DNA of 64,000 bases from Mobula hypostoma (Eukaryota), in assembly GCF_963921235.1 (NCBI RefSeq), contig NC_086097.1:61568001-61632000 (forward strand), in the 5' to 3' direction. Under the pieces are notes generated by a model. It saw only the letters and a program-made list of their open reading frames with translations. It was not told the DNA's origin and searched no databases. The translations under genes were made by a program, and so were the position numbers. This document shows, piece after piece, positions 24,117-38,084 of this stretch. Within the stretch, counting starts at the first letter, position 1. Every line of letters begins with the position of its first letter.

Positions 24117-26573
24117 CAAGAAGGCCTTGGCGAGTAGGGTAAAGGAAATCCCCAAGGCATTCTTTAGTTAGAACAAAAGGATGACAGAAGTGAAGATAAG
24201 ACCGATTAGAGATAAAGGTTGGAAGATGTGCCTGGAGGCTGTGGAAGCGAGTGAGGTCCTCAATGAATACTTCTCTTCGGTATTCACCAATGAGAGGGAA
24301 CTTGATGACGGTGAGGACAATATGAGTGAGGTTGATGTTCTGGAACATGTTGATATTAAGGGAGAGGAGGTGTTGGAGTAGTTAAAATACATTAGGACGG
24401 ATAAGTCCCCGGGGCCTGACGGAATATTCCCCAGGCTGCTCCACGAGGCGAGGGAAGAGATTGTTGAGCCTCTGGCGAGGATCTTTATGTCCTCGTCATC
24501 CACGGGAATGGTACCGAAGGACTGAAGGGAGGCAAATGTTGTCCCCTTGTTCAAAAAAGGTAGTAGGGGTAGTTCGGATAATTATAGACCAGTGAGCCTT
24601 ATGTCTATGGTGGGAAAGCTGTTGGAAAAGATTCTTAGACATAGGAGGCGGGAGGAGAAGATGGCGGCAGGACGCAGCACACGCAGCTCTCCGGTGAAAT
24701 GATATCATATTTGTAAGTAGGATGCTATGCACAATTCTGATTTGATGGAGACAGACGTGAGAAGGCACAGAGGAACATCTGGAGAAATTTCTGAAATGCC
24801 TGGTTCACTACTGCTGCTACTGTGCGATCGAGAATCTCCAGAGGGAAGGCCCCAAAATCCCCGGTTTTGCCTGCTGCTGGCGACCGAGGCTGGGGTTGAA
24901 GCGTTCGGCAGAGATGGTGCTCTGTGTCGGAGGGCTGATCGGAGCTCGAAGTTTTTGGATGACTCAGAGTCAGACTGTGGTAGGGCATAGCAGGGAGAGT
25001 TTTCTTTCTTCTCCCATCTGCGTGAGATGTGGGACTTCCGAGAGACTTTGAACTTTTTTACTGTGTCAATGGTGTGTTCTTCATCAAGTTAATGTATTGT
25101 TGCACTGTTGTAACTAGAAGTTATAATTATGTGGTTTTTGTTAGTTTTTCAGTCTTGGTCTGTCCTGTGTTTCTGTGATATCACACCGAAGGAATATTTT
25201 ATCATGTCTTAATGCATGCATTACTAAATGACAATAAAAGAGGACTGCATGTCCTCATAATCTCATCTAATCTAATCTAATCTATTGGCATTTAGAAAAT
25301 CCTGGTCTGATCAGGGAGAGTCAGCATAGCTTTGTGAAGGGCAGGTTGTGTCTAACAAGCCTGATAGAGTTCTTTGAGGAGGTGACCAGGATTATAGATG
25401 AGGGTAATGTAGTGGATATGATCTACATGGATTTTAGTAAGGCATTTGACAAGGTTCCAAAATTCAGGAAGTCAGAAGGCACGGGATCCAGGGAAGTTTG
25501 GCCAGGTGGCTTCAGAATTGGCTTGCCTGCAGAAGGCAAAGGGTCATGGTGGAGGGAGTACATTCAGATTGGAGGGTTGTGACTAGTGGTGTCCCACAAG
25601 GATCGGTTCTGGGACCTCTACTTTTCATGATTTTTATTAATGACCTGGATGTGGGGGTAGAAGGATGGGTTGGCAAGTTTGCAGATGACACAAAGGTTGG
25701 TGGTGTTGTAGATAGTGTAGAGGATTGTTGAAGATTGCAGAGAGACATTGATAGGATGAAAAAGTGGGTGGAGAAGTGGTAGATGGTGTTCAACCCGGAG
25801 AAGTGTGAGGTGGTACACTTTGGAAGGACAAACCCCAAAGCAGAGTGCAAAGTAAATGGCAGGATACTTGGAAATGTGGAGGAGCAGAGGGATCTGGGGG
25901 TATATGTCCACAGATCCCTGAAAGTTGCCTCACAGGTAGATAGGGTAGTTAAGAAAGCTTATGGAGTGTTAGCTTTCATAAGTCGAGGGATGGAGTTTAA
26001 GAGTTGCGGGTTAATGATGCAGCTCTATAAAACTCTGGTTAGGCCACACTTGGAGTATTATGTCCAGTTCTGGTCGCCTCACTATAGGAAGGATGTGGAA
26101 ACATTGGAAAGGCTACAGAGGAGATTTACCAGGATGCTGCCTAGTTTAGAGAGTATGCAATATGAGCTGAGATTAAGGGAGCTAAGGCTTTACTCTCTGG
26201 AGAGAAGGAGGATGAGAGGAGACATGATAGAGGTATTCAAAATATTAAGAGGAATAGATAGAGTGGACAGCCAGTGCCTCTTTCCCAGGGCACCACTGCT
26301 CAATACAAGAGGACATGGCTTTAAGGTAAGGGGTGAGAAGTTCAAGAGGGATATTAGAGGAAGGTATTTTACTCAGAGAGTAATTGGTGCGTGGAATGCA
26401 CTGCCTGAGTCAGTGGTGGAGGCAGATACACTAGTGAATTTTAAGAGACTATTAGACAGGTATATGGAGGAATTTAAGGCGGGGGCTTATATGGGAGGCA
26501 GGGTTTAAGGGTCGGCACAACATTGTGGACTGAAGTGCCTGTACTGTGCTGTACTGTTCTATGTTCTATGTTT
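24117..26573 (+). mobile_element. 5'-truncated CR1 LINE interrupted at 24647-25280
   Basis: ORFs 24181..24381, 25334..25582 ([12 protein letters not shown]), 25498..25731 ([18 protein letters not shown]) and 25783..26508. Tail (TTCTATG)n. Confidence 0.92.
24647..25280 (+). mobile_element. Non-coding retroposed element (~630 bp) with (ATCTA)n tail
   Basis: Starts ggcgggaggagaagatggcggc, has a GC/CpG-rich head and an AT-rich 3' part with aataaa, and ends (atcta)n. The host CR1 reads ...gacatagga|tctattggcattta across it. Confidence 0.75.
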
Positions 26574-26899
26574 TAAGAGAACATATAATTGGATGCGATA
26601 ATAGATAATGCTGCTGTGAGTTTGTACAAAACAGTCATTGCTAGCAGACCAGTCCATCTCATGGAACAGTCAGAGCAGTGAAACTGGCAGAACATCGGAA
26701 ACCACGTAATCACAAACATTAAATGGGATTGCAGGCATCTCTCTAGAAATGAATTCGTGGCTTGGGCTAAGTCCTGTGAATCAATTATTGCTGAAATGGA
26801 TGGTACAGAGATTAAAATATTTAAATCATGTCAATACAAGGATATCATTAGAATACAGATTATCGTTTTGCAAGTGAACTGTGTTATTCTGACAGTCAA

Positions 26900-27012
26900 A
26901 TTAAGAAAGGTCTTTAACCTCAAATATTAACAGTTTTTCCTTTTATAGATACTGCCTGACTTTGTTTCGTATGTCCAGTATGTCCTGTTTTTTTATTTCA
27001 GATTTCAGAAAT
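26900..27012 (+). mobile_element. Very degraded Penelope-like hammerhead-family copy (copy 3)
   Basis: aaaggtctttaacctcaaatattaacag...atagatactgcctgac...atttcagatttc aligns loosely with the 45841 copy. Confidence 0.45.
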
Positions 27013-28683
27013 CTTCCAAAGAAAATTATGTCTTAAAAACCCCAGTAATTTATGGATATTTGAATAATTTCAGATATTTCTCATGAAATAGTTTAGATCC
27101 ACATTAATAATATAAATCCATTTGTATCAAAACTCAGAGAACAGTCAGTAAGTAATGGGCTGTTTACCAATCTCAGTTTCATCAGGTGGACAGAGGGCTT
27201 CAGAGCATACCAGTAAATCTGAGGCCATTTCAATATTATAGACAAGAAAGTTGGCAATTTTCGTAATGTTTCAAATGACGACAGCGCAGTAGCCCAAACA
27301 TCTCCAGTGTTTGTTCACTATGTATCCCATGCTGCACTGCAAAGCTGGATCATTGTAGTGAACTGTTAAATTGCTTCTGCACCATTCTTATTGTTGGTGA
27401 CAAATTCTCAGTCTTGATAAACAGTCATTCATTCTATTATAGCATCAATGCAATGATCCATTGAATAATCTGTGTGTATCCTCAGAAACACTTCTTTTTC
27501 TTCTTTGAGGCACAGTTGTTAACTCTTTTGCAGAAAGGCAAACAATGGGCAAATGACTGAAAACTAGCTGTGACATAATTGGATATAGGTTTGACAAATG
27601 AGACATAATCTTTAGTGCTGAGAGGACCTAGTCAATAACTGTCAAGGAATCTTAAATGTAATATTGTCCATGCTCATCTCATCTGTAGCACGGAAAGGCC
27701 TAATTCAGTTTCAGATATTGGCTGTGGTACTTAAAGGTGAGAAAATGGCTAGAAAAGTTAATCAAAGCTGACAATGTCTTGCTCAGAAATTGGATCACTC
27801 CTAAATAGGAACGCTATTCCTGTATAGTGCTGATATTGATCAGAAGTAATTTTGGATCACATTTGTGGTGAAAACATACAGGAACAGTTGCAGAGAGGAC
27901 CTCTGTCAGCAGCTTCCAACTCAGATTTCCCACCAGGCCCTACCCCTAAGTAGCACTCTCTATTCAGTCATAACACTGTTGGAAGTATATTTTGATGTTG
28001 GCTTCTCTGTACAGATGGCAAAGAGACAGGCACTGAGGAGTAGATCTAACCAGGTCCTGTGGACAAGTTTCCCAGCGTAACACCAAGGAAGCAATGGAGG
28101 TATGCAGGATACTTCTGGCCTCCATCAAGCAAATTCGTATTGTTTTGTTTTGCATATTTTGGATATGGAATATTTCTGGTATATGTGACAATTGGTACCC
28201 ATCCATCAGGGGCATCAAGGGATGGGCAATAAACTTTGGAGCTGTCTCTGAAGCCCACATCTAATGAATCGATAATACAATTTGGTTTCTTTGGATCTGA
28301 TTTTAAGGTATAAATGTACTACCTGATGATTCAACTGCATTTATTGAAGATGCTATGTTAGATATGAATTTGGAGATTCCTTATCAGCAGATGTCTCTCT
28401 GTAGAATGCCTGTGAGGTGTATGAACAAGAAAAGCAGCAGACTCTCAGCTAATCAAACTGAAAATTCCTTACAGAGACATTCAGAATCTAAACTGGTAAA
28501 CACATATTAAAATACTTAACTGAATATAAATGCGGAGAGTACAACACCTGCATATAGAAAAACAACAGGAAGGCATTGAGGGGAAAGAAAGTAAGATTAA
28601 AGGAGACAAAATACAATATTAGGAAGTGAACATAGTCTTTTTTTTCTAAATTTGTTAAAAAACAATGATTAAAGTCTAAAGGA

Positions 28684-30447
28684 GACACAAGAGATTCTGC
28701 AGATGCTGGAAATATTGAGCAACACAGAAATTTCTAGAGGGGCTCAGCAGGTCAGACAACATCAATGGAGGGAAATGAGCAGTCGATGATTTAGCTGTTT
28801 TAATCTATTCAACTCCAAGTCCAGATGAAGGATCTTGGCCCAGATCATTGACTATTTATTCCTCTCTATATAGTCGTGCTAGAAAGTTTATGAACCCTGT
28901 GGAATTTTACCTATTTCTGCATAGATTTGTAATAAAATGTATTGGATCTTCACCTAAATCCTAAAAAGCAGATAAAGAGAACCCAATTAAATAAATAACA
29001 TAAAAGTCATTAGACCTGTCCATTTATTGATTGAGAAAAATGATCCAATATTAAAGGTAATTGTTGGAAAAAGTCTGGGGTAGTGCCTTTGACAAAAGCT
29101 ATTTGGGGTCAAGTGCTCCAATCAATGAGATGAGATTGGAGAAGTACAGTAGGTTGTAGAGGTGCCCTGCCCTATAAAAAAGGCACAGAAAGTCAGGTTG
29201 GTGACAGAGCTTGCTGTTCTAAAGAAAGATCTGTTTATGTGCGCCATAACTCAATCAAAACAACTTCCAGAGGACCTTAGAAGAAAAATTGTAGAGATGC
29301 ATGATGCTGGAAAAGGCTACAATACATTTCTAAAGGCCCAAATGTTCATCAGTCAAGAGAAATTGTTTACAAATGGAGGAAACTCAGAACAGTTGTTACT
29401 CTCCCTCGGAGTGGGCATCCTCCTCATCAAGACACATCACATCAGGAGCGCAATGTGCAATGCTGAAGGAGGTGGAGAAAAACCAAGGGTAACAGCTAAA
29501 GACCTGCAGAGATCTCTAAACCTTGCTAAAGTCTCTGTTCATGTGTCCACTATAAGAAAAACACTGAACCAGAATTAAAAAACACTACTTTCCAAAAAAA
29601 AAAAAATTGCTGCATGTCTTAACTTTATAAAAGGCCACCTGGATGTTCTACAATGTTCTGTGGACAGTGAGACAAAAGTTGAACTTCTTGGCAGAAATGC
29701 ACATTGCTACGTTTGGAGGAAAAAGGGCACTGCACAACAACACCAAATCCTCATCCCAACTGTGAAACGTGGTGGAAGGAGCATCATGGTTTGAGGATGT
29801 CTGTTGCCTCAAGGCCTCAACAGCTTGTGATCATTGAGGGAACAATGAATTGAAAATTGTATCAAGGTATTTTACAGAAGAATGATAGGGTAGCAGTCCA
29901 GCACCTGAAGCTTAATAGAAGTTGGATAATGCAACAAGAAGAAGATAATTCATGTTTTAGAAAGGCAGTGTCAAAGTCCTGACCTTAATCCTATAGAAAT
30001 GTTGTGGAATGAACTAAAGCAAGCAGTTCATGCAAGGAAGCCACCCAACATCTCAGACTTGAAGCAGCTTTGTAAAGATGAATGGCCTAAAATTCCTCCA
30101 AGCTGATGTGCAGGACTGATCAACAGTTGCTGGAAATATTTGGTTGAAGTTATTGCCATACAAGGGGCCACACTAGTTACTGAAAGCAAAGGTTCACGTA
30201 CTTTTTCCGACAAGTACATGTAATATTAGATAAGTTTTCTCAATAAATAAACGAACAAGTATAATGTTTTTTGTGTTATTTATTTAATTTGGTTCACTTT
30301 ATCTAGTTTTAGGACTTAACATGAAAAAACAATCACATTTTAGTCACATTTATGCAGGAATAGAGAAAATTCTACGAGGTTCACAAAGTTTCTACCGGAA
30401 CTGCAGATGCTGCCTGACCTTCTCAGTTCCTCGAGCAGTTTATGTGA
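28684..30447. mobile_element. Inverted pair of Penelope-like hammerhead-family repeats (minus 28684-28795; plus 28817-28870 and 30404-30447), split by Tc1 (copy 4)
   Basis: Minus-type body gagattctgcagatgctgg...gcagtcga. Then plus-type agtccagatgaaggatcttggccc...ctctcta, resuming as gatgctgcctgacc after the Tc1. Confidence 0.65.
28871..30403 (+). mobile_element. Tc1-like DNA transposon with long (~205 bp) TIRs and a dead transposase
   Basis: The left end 28871-~29077 matches the reverse complement of ~30195-30403. TA on the left, CA on the right. Transposase remnants: [48 protein letters not shown]. Confidence 0.92.
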
Positions 30448-32032
30448 ATTACTTAAAATCTGTAGAACTGAGATTCTATTGTTTAAAATCATATTTTCAG
30501 AGATGGAGAGGCTGCTTGGAGGTTATTAAGATGGACTAGGCAATTAAAAGTTCACTTACAATTTATTGCATCAGTCCTGGCTGTTTTCTAACTCTGAGTG
30601 AATAAAAATGTGACCTTGCTCCCATTCATTAATGTTGATGTTCAAATCTTATCATAATGCAATGATGCGATGATTAGGCAAATTAACCATCTTCATAGAA
30701 TGGTGAGTGAGATAATCTTTTTTAGTAGAAGAAAGCCTCATTGACATTTTAGAGCAATGGTTTTGTCATCTAATGCTGGCCTTGATATTATTTTACCTTT
30801 TTTCTCAAGATTTGTGCATTGTACTTGCTTTATTATGGAAACCCGCTGTCAAAGAGTATTGGTTTTCAGATGACAGCAATGTTCTGGTGATGAGGGTTAA
30901 GTTGAAAGAGCAAAAGAACCACTTTTGTAGACGAATGTGCTCACTGTGTGGTATCTGTTTCTTCTGGCTGGGCATGTTTTGAGCACCTCAGTCAAAGTAG
31001 ATACAAGTGTTTCTCACCATGCGACATTAATAGTTAGTGAACTGAGTCCAGTAGTATCTACTAAATAAAGAAATGATGAATCAGCAGACTCTATAGTGTC
31101 AGAACTGAAGCAGAATCTTGGTATGGTTACTGGAGCCATAACACAAGAAATATTACAATAATGTTAAGCAGTTTCCATAAATATGATGAATCAATTTTAA
31201 AATCATTGTTTATCTTTTACTTGATTTTATATATTAATTCCTTGTATATCTAGATGAAAGGGAACAACAGAATGTTGTTTATTGTAGTTGGATTTTTGTA
31301 GACTGATGCCTTGTTTATGTATATATTTTCTGGCATAACAAGCCAGCCTGTTATGATGAAAAAGGGGGGAATGTAGGTTTTTCTAATCTAATTGTTATTT
31401 TTATTGGCCTACTGTTATAGAGTTTAAAACTTAAGTTTCCTGGATTGGAAATTGATTTGGTGGTAATAGTGTTAATATCTCTATAATATTGACCTTTTTA
31501 CGTTTCAGGGAGTTAATAAAATTATTTAATTTTAGTAAATATCATAACACATGAATTGATCTATGAAATATACAAATTTTAAAACAAATATGTAAATCCA
31601 GTTTTATCCAGATTCTTCAGCTAAATACACAACACAGTAGGGACTGTATATTGTATGTGACTTTGCTTCTGGATTCAGTTCCAGTGAAGTTAATGGAATC
31701 AATTTCAAAAGAGAGAATGATGTGTAGCAGCAGGCAATTGAAGGAAAATATCTAATCCAAAAAGCCTAAACACAAAATTTCAAAGAAGATCTTTAGAGAC
31801 CACCCATAGCACTGCCACAAAGTTGGATTTTTGAAGAGGATAAGTAGCACTCAATTGGAAAGAATAATATTAAAGAAAAATGCCATGCATTTTTATGCCT
31901 TTTAAAGAATGAAAATTGTTTTTTTTAGTTTCCATTGGCTCTCTTGAAGAATAAATGCAATGCACATCCTAGAGTCACACATGAATTTTATGGTGCTGCA
32001 GAGAAACAACAAACCACAGACTGGAGTGCTCC

Positions 32033-35000
32033 ATAAGATCATAAGACGTAGGAGCAGATTTAGGCCATTTGGGTATGCCATGCCATTACATCATGGCTGA
32101 TTTATTATCCCTCTCAACCAAATTCTTCTGCCGTCTCCCCATAACCTTTAACATCCTTACTAATTAAGAAAATATAAACCTCTGCTTTAAAAATACCCAA
32201 TGACTTGGCCTGCACAACCATCTATAGCAAGGAATTTCACAGATTCACCATCCTTCGGCTGAAGAAATTCTTCCTTATCTCTGACCGAAATGAATGTCCT
32301 TCTATTCTGATACTGTGCTCTCTGGTCCTAGACTCACACACTATAGCAAACATCTTCACAAAGTCTAATCTTTCAATATTCCATAAGTATCAATGAGATT
32401 CCCAATCATTCTTCTAAACTCCAGAGAGTACAGGCTAGTACAACCCAGAGCCATCAAGTGCTCCTCCTATAATATGTTAACCTTTTCATACCCAGGACCA
32501 TTCTAGTGAACATCCTCTGGACCTAACCAGTGCCAGCACATCCTTTATTAGATAAGGGGCCTCAAACTGCTCACAATACTCCAATCTGATTAATGCCTTG
32601 TATAGCCTCAGCAGTACTTCCTTGTTTTTATACTCTAGTCATTTCAAAATTAATGCTAACATTGCATTTGCCTTCTTCACCACTGACTCAGCCAGCAAGT
32701 TAGACTTCAGGAACTCCCAAGTTGCTTTGCACCACTGATCTTTTCTCGCTGCTTAGAAAATAGCTGATGTCTTTATTCCTTCTACCAAAGTGCATGAGCA
32801 TATACTTCCATGCACTATATTCTGTCTGCTGGTTCTTAGCCTATTCTACTAATCTATCTAAGTCCTCTGCAGACTCCTTGCCTCTCCAATTATCTTTATA
32901 TCATCCACAAACGCGACCACAAGGTCATCAATTCTGTCATACAGATAATTGATATTTAACGTGAAAAGAAGCAGTCTCAATATCAACCCTATGCAACAAC
33001 ACTAGTCACTGGCAGCCATCCAGGAGAGGGCCCCTTTCTTCCCACACTTTGCTGCCTGCCAGTCAGCCAATCTTCTAGTGTCTTTCCTGCAATACCATGG
33101 TCTTTTATCTTGCTTCGCAGCGTCAGGTATGTCACCTTGTCAAAAACCTTCTGAAAATCAAAGTAAACAATAACAACTGACTCTCCATTGTCTATCTTGC
33201 CTGTTATCTCCTCAAAGATATATAAAGAAAAAAAGGGTAGGTGAGAGTTGAAATCAGACTGCAGGAAAATGATGTATTTATGGGGGACAAAAAATGGTGG
33301 ACAAACTTGATAAGTATTTTGTGTCAGTCTTCACTTTGGTTGATGCCAGCAGTATGCTGGAAATTCAAGGGTGTCAAGGGCAGAAGTGGAGCAGTTGCTA
33401 TTACTAGGAAGGTGCTGGTAGGGAAGTCACTTGGACCTGATGGACTACAGATGAGGGTTCTAAAAGAGATAGCTGAAGAGACTGTAGAGGCATTAGTAGA
33501 TTCATCACTGAGTCTGGGAATGATTCCAAAGGACGAGAAAATTGCAAATATCACTTTATAAAAGGTAGGGAGGGAAATGACAGAAAATTATATGCTATTT
33601 AGCCTACATATAGTGGTTGATGCTAGAGTCCACTATAAGGATTATATTAAGGATAAGGTTTCAAGGTAATTAGAAGCACGTGATAAAACAGGCAAAGGTC
33701 AGCATGGTTTCCATCAGGAGAGATCTTGCCTTACAAATTTGTTGGAGTTCTTTGAGGAAATAACAGGCAAGATAGCCAATGGAGAGTCAGTTGTTATTGT
33801 TTACTTTGATTTTCAGAAGGTTTTTGACAAGGTGACATACCTGACACTGCTAAACAAGATAAAAGACCATGGTATTGCAGGGAAGACACTAGCATGGGTA
33901 GAAGATTGGCTGACTGGCAGGCAGCAAAGTGTGGGAAGAAAGGGGCCCTCTCCTGGATGGCTGCCAGTGACTAGTGTTGTTGCATAGGGTTGATATTGAG
34001 ACTGCTTCTTTTCATGTTAAATATCAATTATTTGTATGACAGAATTGATGACCTTGTGGCCACGTTTGTGGATGATATAAAGATAATTGGAGAGGCAAGG
34101 AGTCTGCAGAGGACTTAGATAGATTAGGAGAATAGGCTAAGAACCAGCAGATGGAATATAGGGAAAAGTACACACTCAGGACAACAAATACTTTTTCGGG
34201 TTTTAATTCCTTTATCTGTTCTAGATGTTTAAGTGCCGGAAGAGGGTCACGAAACAAAACGAATGAATTTACAACCAGTTCTTACCATTACAATCACAGT
34301 TTAGCTTTCGATCCACACCCTCGTGTATGGACAGAATTGAGTATGCAGTATAAAAATACCAGTACTAATATGGTACTAATATGGTACTAATACGGTAGTG
34401 GCAATTCCGAAGGAACACAATACAAATAACATTAGAATCCCACCCACCCTGCATCTTATACATAACAGTGAAAAACCTAAGTGAATACATCTCATCTAAG
34501 ACGTACACATGTGCTGAACTTCCGAACAGAGACTAAACATTCATGTTTAGCGGTTATATGCACAATCAGTCCCAATACAATAAAGTTAGACAAAAGGTAC
34601 ATTTTGGCACAACTTTTACAAGGTAGTGCCTGGTAGTTAAATTACGGGAAGACTGACCTACTTGGATGGTGAGGAACTTTGCCCAAGCCATGCGATCCAG
34701 CGTTGAGTCATTTACTTGAGAAAATCTAAAGCATTCACATGTAAAACATGTCAAGTTACCGATATTCTCAATCCACCAATAAGCATAAACAAATTCACAT
34801 GGATATTGTCCATTAATGCTCACCTTTCCTCACCATGCCCAGCACACTCTGGGAGGAACCCAATTCCAACGCCCTACCACATCTTCAGCAGAAAGCAAAA
34901 TGGTCTCCTCACTATCCCGCACGTGCGTAATGACGTCACCGTCTCCCCTTAAAGGCACAGACAACTATTCTAGCATTACCCAGATGGATGCCTAAGTACA

Positions 35001-36610
35001 CTTTTAACGATGCTGAATAAGATCCAATGGTCACCCGGTTACATATATGTGAAAAAAGCTTTTGATTTTCTGTATATTATTGGGTAGCTTACTTTCATAT
35101 TTCATCTTTTCTCTCATTGCTTTCTTAATGCCTTCTGTTGGCTTTTAATAAAGCTTCTCAATCATCTTGCTTCCTACTAATTTTTGACTATATTGTTTGC
35201 ACTCACCTTTACTTTTATGCTGTTTTTGACTTCCCTTGTCAGCCACAGTTGTCTCATCATCCCTTTAGAATACTTCATTGGGATGTATCTATCCTACAAC
35301 TTCTGAACTAGTCCTAGATGCTCTAGCCATTGCTGTTCTGATGTTATCTCTGCTGGTGTCCCCTTCCAATCAACTTTGCCCTATCTCCTCTTTCATGCCT
35401 CTATAGTTCCTTTTACTCTACTGTAATACTGATACATCTTATTTTAGCTTCTGCCTCTCAAACGGCAGGATAAATTCTATCCTATTATGATCACAGTCTC
35501 CTAAGGCTTCCTTTACACTAAGCTCTATAATCAAATCTATTTCATTGCACCACACCCAAAGAAGAATTGACTTTTCTCTACTCACTCAAACACAAGCATC
35601 TGTAAAAACCCATCTCATAGACATTCTACAAATACCTTCTCTTGGGATCCAAACCCAACCCTATTTTCCCAATGTATCTGCATATTGAAATCCCCCATGA
35701 CTGTTGTAACATTGCCCATTATACATGCCCTTTCTATTTCCCATTGTAATTTGTACCCCACATACTGGGTTCTGTTCGGATGCCAGTGTATAATTCCCAT
35801 CAAGATTTTTTACATCATCCGATCTTATGTCCACTCTTCTTAAGGATTTAATTTCATTATTAACCAACAGAGACAGCCCAACCCTTTATCTACCTGCCTG
35901 ATATTTTGATCCAATGTGTATCCTTAGATACTAAGCTCTCAACTGTGATCTTCTTTCAGCCATGACTCATTGATGCCCACATCATACCTGCCACTCTCTG
36001 TGCTACAAGATCATCCTATTCTGCATGCCGCACATATTCAAATATAACACCTTCAGTCCCATATTCATCACCCTTTTCAATTTTGCCCTTATGTTCTTTT
36101 CCCCTTCTAAACAGTTTGTCTTTTTATTTATTGTGGAGACTTTTGTATTCTCTCCTGCACTTTCCTTCCCTTTTAAATTACCCTCATTTTTCCACACTGT
36201 TGAACTGTTGAACCTACTGTTTTGCTCAATTACACACTTTAACCTATCCCCCTGACTGCAATTTTGCCCTATCATCTGCCCGTCCTCACTGTTTCCCTAC
36301 ACAATGCTTCTACTTTTATACCAACTCCTGTTCCTATCCCCCACCAAATTAAATTAAACCTGCCCCGTTTGTTCTAGTAAACCTGCCCACAAAGTTGTTG
36401 GTCCTCCTTGAGTTTAGGCATAACACTTCCTTTTTTCATAAGTTCTACCTTCCCCAGAAGATCTAGAAATCTACAACCCTGCTCCCGGCATCAATTCATC
36501 AGTCACACATTAATCTGCCAAATCGTCTAATTTTTACCCTCACTGGTGCATGGCACAGGCAGCATCCAGAGATTGCTAGCCTTGAAGTCCTGCTTTTTAG
36601 CTTTTTACTC
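32033..36610 (-). mobile_element. Long degraded CR1 LINE with an internal inversion (33219-34161) and an LTR insertion (34162-35043)
   Basis: Tail ccataagatcataagac at ~32031. RT on the minus strand to 33218 and on the plus strand at 33241-34161 (GPDGL, YFDFQKVFDKV). Endonuclease on the minus strand (MGDFN in ORF 35615..35803; KVLYLN in ORF 36003..36275). ORF1-like remnant to ~36610. Confidence 0.85.
34162..35043 (-). mobile_element. Probable solo LTR, 3' terminus lost
   Basis: The minus strand starts TGTAACCGGG at 35043 next to a tata target and contains gcctttaagg and TGACGTCA (34931-34938) early and attaaa near its end. It also has an 11-bp tandem (gtactaatatg) at ~34362-34395 and no ORF. 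Strand is inferred. Confidence 0.55.
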
Positions 36611-37389
36611 ATACCAACTACCTGGTTTATAGAAACTTTCTCATAGCCTTCTACCATTTCTTATTCTTTTGCTCACAGCCACAACTTTATTAAGATTAGT
36701 AAAAGCCATAATGAATTGTAATATGTCTTATTCAAGCTAAGGAAATAATTCTGTACAAGAAAACAGCTTTTCTTTTTTTTTGCAATGAATAGCAATATAT
36801 TATAGTAATATATTCCAGCCAATTATAAATAGGATTAATGTCCTCATCTTAATCAAACCAAGTAAATGGAAATATGAATGCAAAGAAAAAGCAAATGCCA
36901 AGTTTCCAGTACCTAGCCTGTCATTTCAAAGTTATTTTTCAGTGCAAAGTGCAGCTTAGACTACAATTGTGTTTTATTTATTACTTACCTCATAATGGGT
37001 TTTTAGATATAAAACAGCTACTGTAAAGTACTAACATGAAGCTCAGTGCTCTGAAGCACATTACAATTTGGGGAAAGATTATCCTCACTGAACTAAAAAC
37101 CTTGTCAAAAATCAATTGGGTATTTCTGACAGACAAAGATCTCAGGCAGGCTGGACAAGGTTGTTTCCCAAGCAACTTGTTTGCTTTACATCTGCCTGCT
37201 TGGTGGCTAGCACATTCGAATCCCATGGCAAGTAGTCCCTTAGGGAGAGGAGGTGGTGTATGAAGAGGTGGGAGTGTGGGTTTGGAAGAGGATAAGGTAA
37301 CGGAGGGGTGAAGTGTTGACAGGGGAAAGGTGGGTGGGTTTTGGAGAGGACAAGGGAGGAGAAGCTCTTCTAATTCAGTTCCAATGAAT

Positions 37390-37772
37390 GAATCAGAATC
37401 TGACTCTGAATCAGAATCAGATTTATTGTCACTGGCATGTGTCATGAAATTTGTTAACTTAGCAGCAGCACGTCAATGCAATACATAAATATAGAAGAAA
37501 ATAAATAATTAAATAATACAAAAAACAGTATATGAATATTGAATAGATTAAAAATTGCTCAAAAAAACAGAAATGATATATATTACAAAGGTAAAGCAGT
37601 GTTTATGTGTTCAATGTCCATTTAGGAATCGGATGGCAGTGGAGCAGAAGCTGTTAATGAATCGCCGAGTGTGTGCCTTCAGGCCTCTGTGCCTCCTACC
37701 TGATGGTAACAGTGAGAAAAGGGCATGCCCTGGGTGCTGGGGGTCCTTAATAATGGCGCTGCTTTTCTAAGA
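37390..37772 (-). mobile_element. Rex1-type LINE 3' fragment
   Basis: (GAATCA)n tail followed by tttattgtcactgg, and cctcctacctgatggtaacagtgagaaaagggcatgccctggg, the reverse complement of the 3' region of 19680-22932. Confidence 0.75.
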
Positions 37773-38084
37773 CTCTGCCCCCCAAAGCCGTCCAGGGCAC
37801 GTTGTAGTCTGATGAAGTCTGACGACCACCAACAAAAAGAAGGACCAAGAGCAAAATGAAGGTATATCAAAGACAAGGGTATACTGATCAATATAATTGC
37901 CTCATTAGCTAATATACCACAAACATAAGGAGTATTCTATCCTCCAAACAGATAGAAAACTAAAATGTATATAAAAAATTACATTTGAACTCACCTATCT
38001 CAAACCTATTTTCATTTTACCATAGATAGAATAATGTGTTGTGCAGAAAAAAATAGCCAACTCTCAGAAGCACGGAAACAAGAA

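Noticed and set aside
37805..37830. ctgatgaag and ctgacga as another hammerhead
   Set aside because: No downstream GAAA-GUH, no stems and no family body.
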